45,101 nt of DNA from Candidatus Doudnabacteria bacterium (lineage in GTDB: Bacteria; Patescibacteriota; Doudnabacteria; UBA920; O2-02-FULL-48-8): contig JAIFWV010000001.1 in assembly GCA_019659055.1 (NCBI GenBank), forward strand, positions 72,123 through 117,223, written 5' to 3'. The notes beneath the pieces are model-generated. The model saw only the letters and a program-made list of their open reading frames with translations, ran no database searches and was not told where the DNA came from. Made by a program: the position numbers and the translations under genes. Below are positions 1-11,475 of the stretch, one piece after another (positions within the stretch are counted from its first letter, which is position 1; each line of letters opens with the position of its first letter).

Positions 1-137
1 CCAGCTACAAGACTCGCCACCAGAGGGATGTGATTTTGCAGTACGGTGATCTCCCCTAAGCGGGTCGGCAAAGTTACCGAGTCAACCTCGGTTTCAAGCA
101 GAATTCTTTCGGGAGTTACTATTTTGAAATGGATCAT
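1..137 (-). CDS. atpC: ATP synthase F1 epsilon subunit (partial, runs off the window start)
   Basis: Manual translation from ATG at 137: MIHFKIVTPERILLETEVDSVTLPTRLGEITVLQNHIPLVASLVA, a typical epsilon N-terminus; follows atpD. Confidence 0.93.
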   Translation of the reverse strand, partial: MIHFKIVTPERILLETEVDSVTLPTRLGEITVLQNHIPLVASLVA

Positions 138-145
138 AGTAGATA

Positions 146-211
146 ACCATCTCGAACGAAGTGAGAGATCCCGGTGTTAATACCGAGACTTCTCGCTCCG
201 CTCGAAGTGGT
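146..211. repeat. Two-arm palindromic element, copy 1 (same arms as those flanking the GIY-YIG gene, no gene inside)
   Basis: ACCATCTCGAACGAAGTGAGAGATCCCGGTGTTAATACCGAGACTTCTCGCTCCGCTCGAAGTGGT; near-identical to 4343-4407; arms match 36130-36157 and 36445-36480. Confidence 0.92.
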
Positions 212-2436
<2,225 letters not shown>

Positions 2437-2447
<11 letters not shown>

Positions 2448-3933
2448 ACGATTTATTAAAATCCTCAATCGCCTTCTTCAAATCATTCTCAATTTCGGCA
2501 AAATCCTTGATGCTTGGAATTTTGGCCAGCAAGTCTTTGTGTTGGACGTCCATAAATTTATGAAAATTGCTTTCCCAATCCCGCACATCTTCGACCGCAA
2601 CTTTCTCAAGGTAATTATTCGTGACGGCATAAAGCACTGCCACTTGATGACCGACAGACACCGGCTGGTACTGATCTTGCTTCAGAACTTCGGTAATTCT
2701 GCGGCCCAGCTCGATACGTGCTTTGGTTTGTGGATCAAGGTCAGAGGCAAATTGGGCAAACGCAGCCAACTCGCGGAACTGAGCCATATCGAGGCGGAGC
2801 TTGCCTGCAACTTTTTTGATAGCCTTGATCTGTGCGGCCGATCCCACCCGCGAGACCGAGATACCGACGTTGAGCGCAGGGCGAATGCCCTGATAAAACA
2901 AATCGGTTTCCAAATAAATCTGACCGTCGGTAATGGAGATGACATTAGTAGGAATATATGCCGAGACGTCACCCGCTTGGGTTTCGATAATCGGCAAGGC
3001 TGTGAGTGATCCCGAGCCATTGGGTTCGCTCATTTTGGCGGCGCGTTCAAGCAAACGTGAATGCAGGTAGAAGACATCTCCCGGGTAAGCTTCGCGACCT
3101 GGCGGACGACGCAAGAGTAAAGAAATTTCGCGATAAGCCACAGCGTGCTTGGACAAATCGTCATAAACGATAAGCGCGTGCTGGCCCTGGTCCATGAAGT
3201 ACTCGCCCATGGCACAGCCGGCAAACGGCGCGATATAAGAAAGCGCTGCCGGGTCGGCGGCGCCGGCCAGGACGATGATCGTGTGGTCCATAGCCCCATG
3301 ACGTTCAAGTTCGGCTTTGATCCGAGCGACTTTGGATTCTTTCTGGCCGATGGCTACGTAGATGCAGATTACGCCTTTGCCTTTTTGGTTGATGATAGTA
3401 TCGATGGCAATCGCAGTCTTACCTGTTTGGCGGTCGCCAATGATAAGTTCGCGCTGACCGCGGCCAATCGGGATCATAGAGTCTATAGCTTTGATTCCGG
3501 TCTGTAAAGGTTCAACCACGGATTGGCGTTCGATTACTCCCGGGGCGATTTTTTCTACGGGATAGAGTTTCTCGGATTCCACTGGTCCCTTGTTGTCGAG
3601 CGGCACTCCGAGCGGGTTAACCACACGCCCCACCAAGGCCTTACCTACGGGGACCGACAAAATTTTTCCGGTCGGCCTGACGATATCACCTTGTTTGATG
3701 TGCTCGTAGCTTCCGAGCAATATGGCACCGATGCTGTCTTGCTCCAAGTTCAAGACTACGCCGAGTGTACCGCCTGGGAATTCCAACATTTCAGAAGCTT
3801 TGGCGCTCGAGAGGCCGGAGATCTTGGCGATACCATCACCAACACTCAGGACGTTTCCGACTGTTTCAACTTTTGCCTTGCTTTCGAATTTCTGTATTTT
3901 TGCCTTGAGCTGTTCGAGTACGTTGTTTGCCAT
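2437..3933 (-). CDS. atpA: ATP synthase F1 alpha subunit
   Basis: [31 protein letters not shown]. Confidence 0.99.
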
Positions 3934-3934
3934 A

Positions 3935-4333
3935 TTAGTTGCTTAATTCATCTTTTAATTTATTCAGTTCACCTTTGACTGAGGCATCTATGAGTTGGTC
4001 ATCGAGTTTGATGACCACACCTCCGAGGATCCGTTCATCGATTCGCTTCTTGACTTCCACATCGCCTTTCACAATTTTATTCAACTCATGGATGATATCG
4101 CGCTCGGTTTCTTTGGAGATAGGATGAGCCGTGGTCACCTCGGCCAGTCTTTTACCTTTCTTCTCAAGCTCGAGCTTATGGAATTCCTCTTCGATCAGAT
4201 CAAAAGTCTTAATGTCGTTGTTCTGAACCAAAACCTCAACGAAATTATTCAAAACCAAATCCACATCCTTGGGATTGGTATCCTCCAATGAGTCGTACAA
4301 GGCTTGCGCGTATTGTTTGGCGGTGAATTTCAT
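3935..4333 (-). CDS. atpH: ATP synthase delta subunit (short, 132 aa)
   Basis: AKQYAQAL N-terminus, [18 protein letters not shown]-terminus; operon position. Confidence 0.92.
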   Translation of the reverse strand: MKFTAKQYAQALYDSLEDTNPKDVDLVLNNFVEVLVQNNDIKTFDLIEEEFHKLELEKKGKRLAEVTTAHPISKETERDIIHELNKIVKGDVEVKKRIDERILGGVVIKLDDQLIDASVKGELNKLKDELSN

Positions 4334-4342
4334 AAGTGTAAT

Positions 4343-4407
4343 CCATCTCGAACGAAGTGAGAGATCTCGGTGTTAATACCGAGACTTCTCGTTTCTCTCG
4401 AAGTGGT
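4343..4407. repeat. Two-arm palindromic element, copy 2
   Basis: CCATCTCGAACGAAGTGAGAGATCTCGGTGTTAATACCGAGACTTCTCGTTTCTCTCGAAGTGGT, between the atpF stop and the atpH start. Confidence 0.92.
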
Positions 4408-4949
4408 CAACTGGCGTCTTTAATACTTTCTGTGATCAATTCATGGTCTTTCTTCTGATCGAGTTTGGATTTGAGGATTTTTTCCGAAGCCGCGACAACC
4501 AAAGTCGCCACATCTTGCTTAATTTCGGCAAGCATTTGGACTTTTTCGGATTCAATCATTGCTTTGGCCTGTGCTACGAGACCTGTGGCTTGCTTCTGGG
4601 CCTCGACAATCGTTTCTTGTTTAATCTTATTGGCGGTATCGTTGGTCAGGCGCAATATATGATCGGCTTCAGTGCGGACTTTTTTCATTTCTTGCTGTTT
4701 CCATTCCTCAAACCGCTTCTTTTCGTCGTCCATGTATTGAGCGTTTTTGAGGCCGGATTCGATCCGATTTTGCCTATCTGTCAGGGTCTTGCCCAGAGGC
4801 TTCACTATCCATTTCCAAAACGCAAATAAGACGATGCCAAAGTTAATTAGCTGAGCCAAGAATAATTTCCAATCAATACCCAAAGTACCAAGCACGTTTT
4901 GCTTAGCAACGACCTCCTCAGCAGCAGATAATATAAAGTGTAAATCCAT
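4407..4949 (-). CDS. atpF: ATP synthase F0 b subunit
   Basis: LGIDWKLFLAQLINF TM helix, then KPL..L..RQ and a long charged coiled coil. Confidence 0.95.
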   Translation of the reverse strand: MDLHFILSAAEEVVAKQNVLGTLGIDWKLFLAQLINFGIVLFAFWKWIVKPLGKTLTDRQNRIESGLKNAQYMDDEKKRFEEWKQQEMKKVRTEADHILRLTNDTANKIKQETIVEAQKQATGLVAQAKAMIESEKVQMLAEIKQDVATLVVAASEKILKSKLDQKKDHELITESIKDAS

Positions 4950-4959
4950 AGGAAGTGAT

Positions 4960-5018
4960 TAAGATACAAAGTTAAGGGTTCAAGGCATAGACCCTGGAAC
5001 CCTACGCCCTATACCCTA
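4960..5018. repeat. Heptamer-periodic imperfect inverted repeat
   Basis: AAGATAC AAAGTTA AGGGTTC AAGGCAT facing ACCCTGG AACCCTA CGCCCTA TACCCTA. Confidence 0.5.
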
Positions 5019-5234
5019 TAAAATAAACGTAATAACCAACGCGTAGATGGCGATAGCTTCTGCAAAAGCCATGCCCAAAAGCATTGGGACAAACAACTTG
5101 TCGGTAGATTCCGGATTGCGGCCGATGGATTCCATGGCTTTGCCGGCAATTCGGCCTACGGCCAAGGCTGGAAACATACCGCCGATGGCGATAGTCAGAC
5201 CCTTGGTCAGGGTTGCGATCATTTCTGGTGTCAT
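5016..5234 (-). CDS. atpE: ATP synthase F0 c subunit
   Basis: Two TM helices, RNPE loop, ion-binding Glu in AFAEAIAIY. Confidence 0.97.
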   Translation of the reverse strand: MTPEMIATLTKGLTIAIGGMFPALAVGRIAGKAMESIGRNPESTDKLFVPMLLGMAFAEAIAIYALVITFIL

Positions 5235-5333
5235 AAGATTCTTCTTTAGCTGGACTGGATGTTATTGTTTAAAGTCCGCTGTTTAAGAATTAAGAAACAG
5301 AAACCTTCGACTAAAGTTCCTGTATACCAAATT

Positions 5334-6179
5334 CTAAACCGTGGGCGTGGGTACCGATTCCTGATGCCCGTGCGCTGCGTCGTCGTGGGACGTAATGGGA
5401 GTCGTGGCAATGGTCAGATAGACTAAGGTCAGCATTGCAAAAACTACAGCCTGGATCAAACCGACCAAAATCTCTAGCAACATAAACGGCAGCGGCACCA
5501 CGTAGGCGATGAGGCTAGCCAGTACCGTGAGCAAAACTTCCCCGGCAAAGATGTTGCCGAACAACCGCAATGACAGCGAAACCATCTTGGCGACCTCGGA
5601 TGAGACCTCGATTAACCCTACGACGAATTCTACCACAGCCACAAATATGCTCATACCGCCCTTGCGCACCGAATGGATGAGATCATTGATTTTGATAAAT
5701 TTGTTGAAGTACTTATAAAACCCGATGGCCGCTACTCCCAAGATATGAGAGGTGATAACTGCAAACACGGCCATGGCCAAGGTCATGTTGAGGTCCGAAT
5801 TGGCCGGCCGAAACAGCGGCACCAATTCCTGACGGCCTTCCACAATAAGCCAACGGCCGATAGAGCCGGTCCCCGGGATCAAGCCCATCCAGTTTGAGAT
5901 AAGTATAAACAAAAATAATCCGCCGACAATCGGCAAAAATTGCATAGATTTTTTGCGGTCGCGGGTAACTTGATCCACGTATTTGAGAATAAATTCAAGG
6001 ATGCTCTCGGCAAAGTTCTGGATCCGGCCCGGCCTGAGCGCTGTTTTGTTTCTAAGCACATATCCGGCAATCAAAAAAAACACCACTGCCAAGCAGGAAT
6101 TTATGTAGGCGTTTGTTACGGGAAACGCGCCTATATGAAGTATTGGTTCAGCCACAAGCGGCGGCAAAGTGAATATCAT
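5334..6179 (-). CDS. atpB: ATP synthase F0 a subunit
   Basis: SLSLRLFGNIFAGE, LIQAVVFAMLT. Confidence 0.98.
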   Translation of the reverse strand: MIFTLPPLVAEPILHIGAFPVTNAYINSCLAVVFFLIAGYVLRNKTALRPGRIQNFAESILEFILKYVDQVTRDRKKSMQFLPIVGGLFLFILISNWMGLIPGTGSIGRWLIVEGRQELVPLFRPANSDLNMTLAMAVFAVITSHILGVAAIGFYKYFNKFIKINDLIHSVRKGGMSIFVAVVEFVVGLIEVSSEVAKMVSLSLRLFGNIFAGEVLLTVLASLIAYVVPLPFMLLEILVGLIQAVVFAMLTLVYLTIATTPITSHDDAAHGHQESVPTPTV

Positions 6180-6415
6180 TATTTAATGTAACCTTTAAGT
6201 CTTTTGGTCATCCATATCGTGGTCGAAATAATCGCAATCAATATCCCTGCCAAGGTAATCCATGGAAATGTGCCGAATTTTGCATCGGCCCATTTGCCAG
6301 CTAAGGCAAAAACTACCAGCGGAATCGCGATTATAAATCCGAATTCACCAGCCAGCGAGACGAGTGACCATTTTGTGACTATTGGATTATTGGGTTTCTG
6401 GGGGTTTTCGTCCAT
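6179..6415 (-). CDS. AtpZ/AtpI family membrane protein
   Basis: Two TM helices with G.W.D.KFGT.PW motif, first gene of the atp operon; start reassigned to MDENPQ at 6415. Confidence 0.85.
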   Translation of the reverse strand: MDENPQKPNNPIVTKWSLVSLAGEFGFIIAIPLVVFALAGKWADAKFGTFPWITLAGILIAIISTTIWMTKRLKGYIK

Positions 6416-6503
6416 AAAAATTAAGCTTTGCGCGGAAATTATAATAAAAAAAGCCGTACTTGGCAAGCCTGGCATTTTTTTGGGGTATTGACTTTGGGAA
6501 TTC

Positions 6504-6579
6504 TGGAGCCGATGGTCGGGATCGAACCGACGACCTCTGCTTTACGAAAGCATTGCTCTACCAACTGAGCTACATCGGC
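6504..6579 (-). tRNA. tRNA-Thr(CGT)
   Basis: GCCGATGTAGCTCAGTTGGTAGAGCAATGCTTTCGTAAAGCAGAGGTCGTCGGTTCGATCCCGACCATCGGCTCCA; cloverleaf with encoded CCA. Confidence 0.97.
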
Positions 6580-6620
6580 GCCTATCAAGTATACCAAACA
6601 AGGCCTGATTTAGGCCAATT

Positions 6621-6651
6621 TTAACGGCTCATACGGGGTATGAGCCGTTAA
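6621..6651. terminator. Perfect 14-bp stem hairpin after pepF
   Basis: TTAACGGCTCATAC-GGG-GTATGAGCCGTTAA; no clear U tract. Confidence 0.5.
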
Positions 6652-8424
6652 TTATCTATTCTTCTTGATCTGGCTATATATAAGCTTAGCTTCCACAATC
6701 ATTTCTTTGATGATATTTATCCCACCTTCCCAGAATTTCCGGTCAGAGAGATTGATTCCAAAAGGTCTAAGGAGCTCTTGCGGCGATTGAGACGACCCGG
6801 CACTCATGAATTCCAAGTATTTAGGCACGAATGGTTTAGGGTCCTGCTTGTACTGAGCATAAAGCGAGAGGACCAATAGTTCTCCAAAGGCATATCCGTA
6901 GACATAAAACGGTGTATGCAGAAAATGCGGGATATAACTCCACCAAAGTTCGGAACCGGAATTATCCAGAGATTTTCCGAACATTTCGTTTTGGCGCTTA
7001 ATCCAAAGAGCTTTAAATTCTTCTGTGGTCAGTTCCCCTTTTTGTCTTTGCAGTGAATGTATATCTTGCTCAAACTTATGCATAGCTGTTTGGCGAAACA
7101 CAGTGGCAAAAATACCCTGAATTTTTTGGATGTACATGGCAAATTTTTCTTGCGGATTGGTGGTTTTTTCCTTGAGGTCATCGAACACCAGCATCTCGCA
7201 AAACACACTTGCCGTTTCGGCCAGAGTTATAGGCACTCCATAATTAAATAGAGTCTGCTTGCTCATGAGATAATCGTTTATCCCATGCCCCAGCTCATGC
7301 GCCAGCGTCTGCACACTTTCGTTGAGACCCTGGAAGTTTACCAATATAACCGGATGGACATCGGGAGTAATACCCGCGCAATACGCACCACCTTGCTTAC
7401 CGGCAAGGACTGGAGCATGGATCCAATTCTTATCAAAAAACTCTTTGGCGATCCTGCCAAACTCCGGCGAAAATTTATTAAACGCCGCAAGGATAATTTG
7501 TTTGGCCTGCTCGTAGCTGTATTTTTTATCGGTTTTTGCTATCGGGGCGTAGCGATCATAGACTTTAAGCTTAGGCAGTTCCCTAACTTTGGCCACAAAC
7601 AAATAAAAATCTTCCACGACCTTATAATTCCGTGAGATGACCTCAGTCATCGTCTCGACCATTTTCTGATCGACTTCGTTTGAGAGATGCCGGGCTTGCT
7701 CCGGGTATGTAAATTTGTGCCACTTGTCGCCGATAGCCTTATCTTTAATGATCGTATTGAAGATAAGCGTAAGCATGCGCGCATCTTCCAGCAATCCGGC
7801 AGTAAAAGTTTCCGCAGCCGCTCTCCGTGCCTTTCGATCTGGTAAGTTCATTTGTTTTGTTACCGCTTCCAAAGGCTGACCCTTGAATTTCTTCGATGCA
7901 AAGTGCTGGTCGAAGAGTCGGTTAAATGCGCCACTCGAGGTCATGGCCTTGTCGTTGAAAATCTTTTCCTCCTCTTCGCTCAAATGATGAGGCTTCATCT
8001 TGGCGATATTAGCCAGAAAATGCTTGTAGTTCTTCAAGACCGGATCGTTTATGAATTTCTGAAGTCTTGCCGCTGGAAGCTCCATAATTTCCAGATCAAA
8101 GAAAATAAAACTGCTCTGCACTTGTGTGGCATGATCTTCCATCTGCTGGTAAAGCACATTGATTTTGGGATTTGCGCTATCCACCGTCAGCCCGAGATAG
8201 GCAAAGCTTCCAAGCTTTGCAGTTTGTTGCAGGATACTTTCTCCAAGCTTAAGAGCGGCCAAAAGCTGTTTGGCATCGAGCTTGGCGACCTGATTTTTGT
8301 AGCGCTTCACGAATTTCTGAGCATCAACCAGATTCTTCTTAGCGTCCGATTTGATTTTGGGATCATCCACGCTTTTATATAGCGCCGACAAATCCCAGAC
8401 TGGTAGTTTTTCTTGTTTAGGCAT
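6652..8424 (-). CDS. pepF: M3B family oligoendopeptidase F
   Basis: WDLSALY N-terminus, KQGGAYC, TLAHELGHG zincin motif, LAETASVFCE, PFYVYGYAFG; start at MPKQEK. Confidence 0.93.
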   Translation of the reverse strand: MPKQEKLPVWDLSALYKSVDDPKIKSDAKKNLVDAQKFVKRYKNQVAKLDAKQLLAALKLGESILQQTAKLGSFAYLGLTVDSANPKINVLYQQMEDHATQVQSSFIFFDLEIMELPAARLQKFINDPVLKNYKHFLANIAKMKPHHLSEEEEKIFNDKAMTSSGAFNRLFDQHFASKKFKGQPLEAVTKQMNLPDRKARRAAAETFTAGLLEDARMLTLIFNTIIKDKAIGDKWHKFTYPEQARHLSNEVDQKMVETMTEVISRNYKVVEDFYLFVAKVRELPKLKVYDRYAPIAKTDKKYSYEQAKQIILAAFNKFSPEFGRIAKEFFDKNWIHAPVLAGKQGGAYCAGITPDVHPVILVNFQGLNESVQTLAHELGHGINDYLMSKQTLFNYGVPITLAETASVFCEMLVFDDLKEKTTNPQEKFAMYIQKIQGIFATVFRQTAMHKFEQDIHSLQRQKGELTTEEFKALWIKRQNEMFGKSLDNSGSELWWSYIPHFLHTPFYVYGYAFGELLVLSLYAQYKQDPKPFVPKYLEFMSAGSSQSPQELLRPFGINLSDRKFWEGGINIIKEMIVEAKLIYSQIKKNR

Positions 8425-9035
8425 TAATTTTTTCCATCCCATTCCTTATAAAATTGCTTAAGAAAATCCTTAACAAACTTTTCTCTTTTTAACGCAAGAT
8501 TATATCCGGTCTTGGTATTCATAAGGTCCGTGAGCCACAAAATCTTTTCATAAAAATGGCCGATTGTGGTCTCGTTTTCTTTCTTGGGATCATAAATCAT
8601 GCGCTTCTTGTAGCCGCCATAGGCAAACGCTCTAGCGATACCTATCGCGCCTAGTGCATCCAATCTATCGGCGTCCTGAACGACTTTGCCCTCAATCGTA
8701 GTCATTCTATGCGTGTTCTTCCCTACTTTGAAAGAGATATATTGCACAATGTACGCAACCTGATCGATTATAGATTTGGGAACTTTTAGACTTTTTAACT
8801 TCTTAACTGTTAATTTTACCCCGGCATCGGGATCTGCATGGAACTTCCAATCCGCTATGTCATGTAGGAGTGCCGCAAGCTCCACAACAAATAAATCGGC
8901 TTTTTCTTTCTTGCCGATTAGTTTGGCGTTCCTCACCACCCGCTCGATATGGTACCAATCATGTCCAGTTGCTTCATCTGCTAGGACTCCCTTTACATAT
9001 TCGCGAGTTTTCTTCAAAACTTGGGATTTAGTCAT
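8424..9035 (-). CDS. HD-domain phosphohydrolase (YpgQ-like)
   Basis: GHDWYHIERV, LLHD, VQDADRLDALGAIGIAR. Confidence 0.9.
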   Translation of the reverse strand: MTKSQVLKKTREYVKGVLADEATGHDWYHIERVVRNAKLIGKKEKADLFVVELAALLHDIADWKFHADPDAGVKLTVKKLKSLKVPKSIIDQVAYIVQYISFKVGKNTHRMTTIEGKVVQDADRLDALGAIGIARAFAYGGYKKRMIYDPKKENETTIGHFYEKILWLTDLMNTKTGYNLALKREKFVKDFLKQFYKEWDGKN

Positions 9036-9432
9036 GCTTTATATATTTTTTGTAATTACCGATTGCTTCGTGGAAAAATTCCGGAATATCTTTGAGTTCA
9101 TCTATATCCATCCATTTTTGCTCTGTGTGCTCTTCAGATAATTTTACCTCGTCGGAAAGCAAGTTACACCAGTACATTATCAGAGTTATTTTCTGCCCAT
9201 CCACACGGACGAAATGCTTCACTGCAAGAGGCATGATAATTTCTACTTGAGAGTTTAATTCCTCTTTTACTTCACGCTTAAGTCCTTCAAACGGATCTTC
9301 GCCTAATTCCAGCCGACCGCCAGGGATATCCAGTTTTCCTGGTTTGTGCGGATCATTGGGCCGCCGCTTCATCATGAAGAGTTTATTACCGCGAACTATA
9401 AACGCCTTCGCCGCATTGCGAAAATTATCCAT
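9028..9432 (-). CDS. NUDIX hydrolase
   Basis: Nudix box PGGRLELGEDPFEGLKREVKEE, plus LSEEH. Confidence 0.92.
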   Translation of the reverse strand: MDNFRNAAKAFIVRGNKLFMMKRRPNDPHKPGKLDIPGGRLELGEDPFEGLKREVKEELNSQVEIIMPLAVKHFVRVDGQKITLIMYWCNLLSDEVKLSEEHTEQKWMDIDELKDIPEFFHEAIGNYKKYIKHD

Positions 9433-9693
9433 TTATTTCAGAGAAATTATTTGATACCCAAATTTTTCGACATCGTCCGGAGGGAACAAATTGACTTCTT
9501 TAGTTTTAAGAACGTACCCGACTTCTCTGGAAACCTCACGTCCCGTATACGCTTGAAGTTCTGGGTCCCATTCTTTAAGCACCAAAACATCGCCAGGATT
9601 ACATTCCCAGTCAGCAAGCCTCAGTTCAAATGTTTTAGAACCATTTTTTACCTGTTCAAAATATTCAGGCAAAATTTTCTTCTCAATTTTCAT
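9433..9693 (-). CDS. DUF3850/ASCH (PUA-like) domain protein
   Basis: KILPEYFEQVKNGSKTFELR..D...GDVLVLKEW...YTGR; start reassigned to 9693 because the longer ORF overlaps tRNA-Gly. Confidence 0.85.
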   Translation of the reverse strand: MKIEKKILPEYFEQVKNGSKTFELRLADWECNPGDVLVLKEWDPELQAYTGREVSREVGYVLKTKEVNLFPPDDVEKFGYQIISLK

Positions 9694-9703
9694 ATATTTT
9701 TCC

Positions 9704-9777
9704 TGGAGCAGGTAGAGGGAATCGAACCCTCGCTCTATCCTTGGGAAGGACATGTACTGCCATTATACGATACCTGC
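9704..9777 (-). tRNA. tRNA-Gly(CCC)
   Basis: GCAGGTATCGTATAATGGCAGTACATGTCCTTCCCAAGGATAGAGCGAGGGTTCGATTCCCTCTACCTGCTCCA. Confidence 0.96.
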
Positions 9778-9859
9778 CAACATAGCTTTAACATTATACA
9801 GATTTTGGTATAATTAGAAAAACAAGGCCATAGCGGCCTTTTCAATTTAGGAGGAATCA

Positions 9860-10126
9860 ATGCTTAAAATCTCAGTGGTGACAAACATTCTCCTCGCCAT
9901 TGTGGCCTTTCTGGTAGGAACACTCCTCGGAGTATCACTTACAGGGCATCAAATCTACCTGCTCGCAATACTCATGTTCGTCTCGAGCCTGATCACTTCT
10001 GGAGCTCTACTTATTTCCGATGAAAGATGGCAGTGGCACGCGTGGTTTGTGTCATTGGGCGGTATCAGCGGAATGTATGCCGCCTACTACCTCATCGCCA
10101 GTCTCAAAATGCTGGCGCAAAGATAA
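9860..10126 (+). CDS. Hypothetical small membrane protein (about 3 TM)
   Basis: AGGAGG-like RBS (TAGGAGGAATCA), upstream TGGTATAAT, hydrophobic ORF, followed by a terminator. Confidence 0.75.
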   Translation: MLKISVVTNILLAIVAFLVGTLLGVSLTGHQIYLLAILMFVSSLITSGALLISDERWQWHAWFVSLGGISGMYAAYYLIASLKMLAQR

Positions 10127-10127
10127 A

Positions 10128-10164
10128 ACCCCAACGATTCGAATTTCGTTGGGGTAGTTTTTTT
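10128..10164 (+). terminator. Rho-independent terminator between convergent genes
   Basis: ACCCCAACGA-loop-TCGTTGGGGT then T run. Confidence 0.75.
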
Positions 10165-10165
10165 C

Positions 10166-11032
10166 CTAATAATTTTTGATTTTCTTGACCGGCATATCGC
10201 CGAGGAGATTGGCAAGCCAGGGATCAAAGCCTGTGGTTTCGATGAGGATGTGTTTGGCATGCCACATTTTTTTGCCGTCGATCATGGATGTTTCTATGGG
10301 ATAAACTATTTCGTATCCGTCGCGGGTGACGATGATATCGTGCACTTCCCCAATCTTTGCCACGGTAATTGCTTTTTCCAGTTCCGGCAGAATTTGCCCG
10401 TGCTCAAAAAAGCCCAAATCTCCGCCGAACTGTGCGGATTTTTTGTCGGCGCTAAATTGCTTGGCGACATCCTCGAATTTTTCACCGGCATTGAGCCGCT
10501 CCAGGACATTTTCCGCTTTTTGGTAAGACTTCTGGTTGAGATTGAAATCGGAATTATATTTTATACGCAGACGCGCTTCCACGGCTTGGGGAGCAACGAC
10601 GTTTTCTTTAAATAATTTTTCTGATCCCCGGAAATAAGTGCGGAGAAAATTGTCGTACTCAGGGGATTTTTTATAGAAATATAATTCATCCGAGATTGCG
10701 TCTGAGGGAAGTTTCAGACCTAATCGTTTAAGCAGGAGGTCGGATTTGATGTGCTTGAGATACATATCAAATGCATCCGCTCCGGAGACATTGCCATCCA
10801 TCTTGCTCGCCAAGGCCACGAAAGCGTCTGAGTCTTCAATCGAGACCGGCACAGATCCCACCAAGGCCGAAGGATAGAGCTTCTTGAAACTTTTGGAAAT
10901 GGGATCCTGCCAAGCGGTAGCATATGCGATGGTGACTGAGATAAGCAAAAATCCCAGGATGATCGCAATGCCGGCCCAGAACAAGTGTTTAGGTTTAGGC
11001 AGATTGTTATTGATTTCGGAAGAAATATTCAT
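10166..11032 (-). CDS. Membrane-anchored parvulin-type peptidyl-prolyl isomerase (PrsA/SurA-like)
   Basis: N-terminal TM, GEKFEDVAKQFSAD..SAQFGGDLGFF, HAKHILI; start about 11032. Confidence 0.88.
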   Translation of the reverse strand: MNISSEINNNLPKPKHLFWAGIAIILGFLLISVTIAYATAWQDPISKSFKKLYPSALVGSVPVSIEDSDAFVALASKMDGNVSGADAFDMYLKHIKSDLLLKRLGLKLPSDAISDELYFYKKSPEYDNFLRTYFRGSEKLFKENVVAPQAVEARLRIKYNSDFNLNQKSYQKAENVLERLNAGEKFEDVAKQFSADKKSAQFGGDLGFFEHGQILPELEKAITVAKIGEVHDIIVTRDGYEIVYPIETSMIDGKKMWHAKHILIETTGFDPWLANLLGDMPVKKIKNY

Positions 11033-11366
11033 ACCATTTTTTAACATTACTCTCTTGCGTGGTCACCCGCGCTGAGGCGATTTGTTCCTGTTGCTGAGGA
11101 AGCGCGACCACGACTTCCCCATCTTTTTTGAGGTTGAGCTGTTCGCGCGCCGCTTTTTCCTGGTATTGCTCGCTATTTAAATATTTCAAAAGATCGGAAA
11201 GCTCCTGGTTTTCCCCGCGGATTTGGTCGGCGTGAGCTTGGAGCTGTTTGATCTGGTTATCTGTCTGATACTTCTGTGCCAACAGCCTCCCTGTGACAAA
11301 CAAAAAGCTCACTAAAGCAATGGAGAGGATAACCGTACCGGTTTTTGATTTCAGTATTGAATGCAT
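11007..11366 (-). CDS. Septum formation initiator family protein (FtsB/DivIC-like)
   Basis: TM helix, coiled coil, EKAAREQLNLKKDGEVV. Confidence 0.85.
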   Translation of the reverse strand: MHSILKSKTGTVILSIALVSFLFVTGRLLAQKYQTDNQIKQLQAHADQIRGENQELSDLLKYLNSEQYQEKAAREQLNLKKDGEVVVALPQQQEQIASARVTTQESNVKKWYEYFFRNQ

Positions 11367-11370
11367 AAAT

Positions 11371-11475
11371 TTAGCGGGCGGCCAAAAGCGGGATAAGAGT
11401 AAACAAAATCATGGCCGCAATCATAAATACGGCGAAGACTATAGAAATTTGTTGAAGTCGTTTTCGGTTTCTCAT
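11371..11475 (-). CDS. Small single-pass membrane protein, 34 aa (not in the ORF track)
   Basis: MRNRKRLQQISIVFAVFMIAAMILFTLIPLLAAR; ATGA overlap with the lepA stop; fills the gap up to the FtsB-like start. Confidence 0.65.
   Translation of the reverse strand: MRNRKRLQQISIVFAVFMIAAMILFTLIPLLAAR

Noticed and set aside
9694-9753. N-terminal extension of the DUF3850 ORF given in the track
   Set aside because: It overlaps tRNA-Gly; the ATG at 9693 gives a normal domain start.
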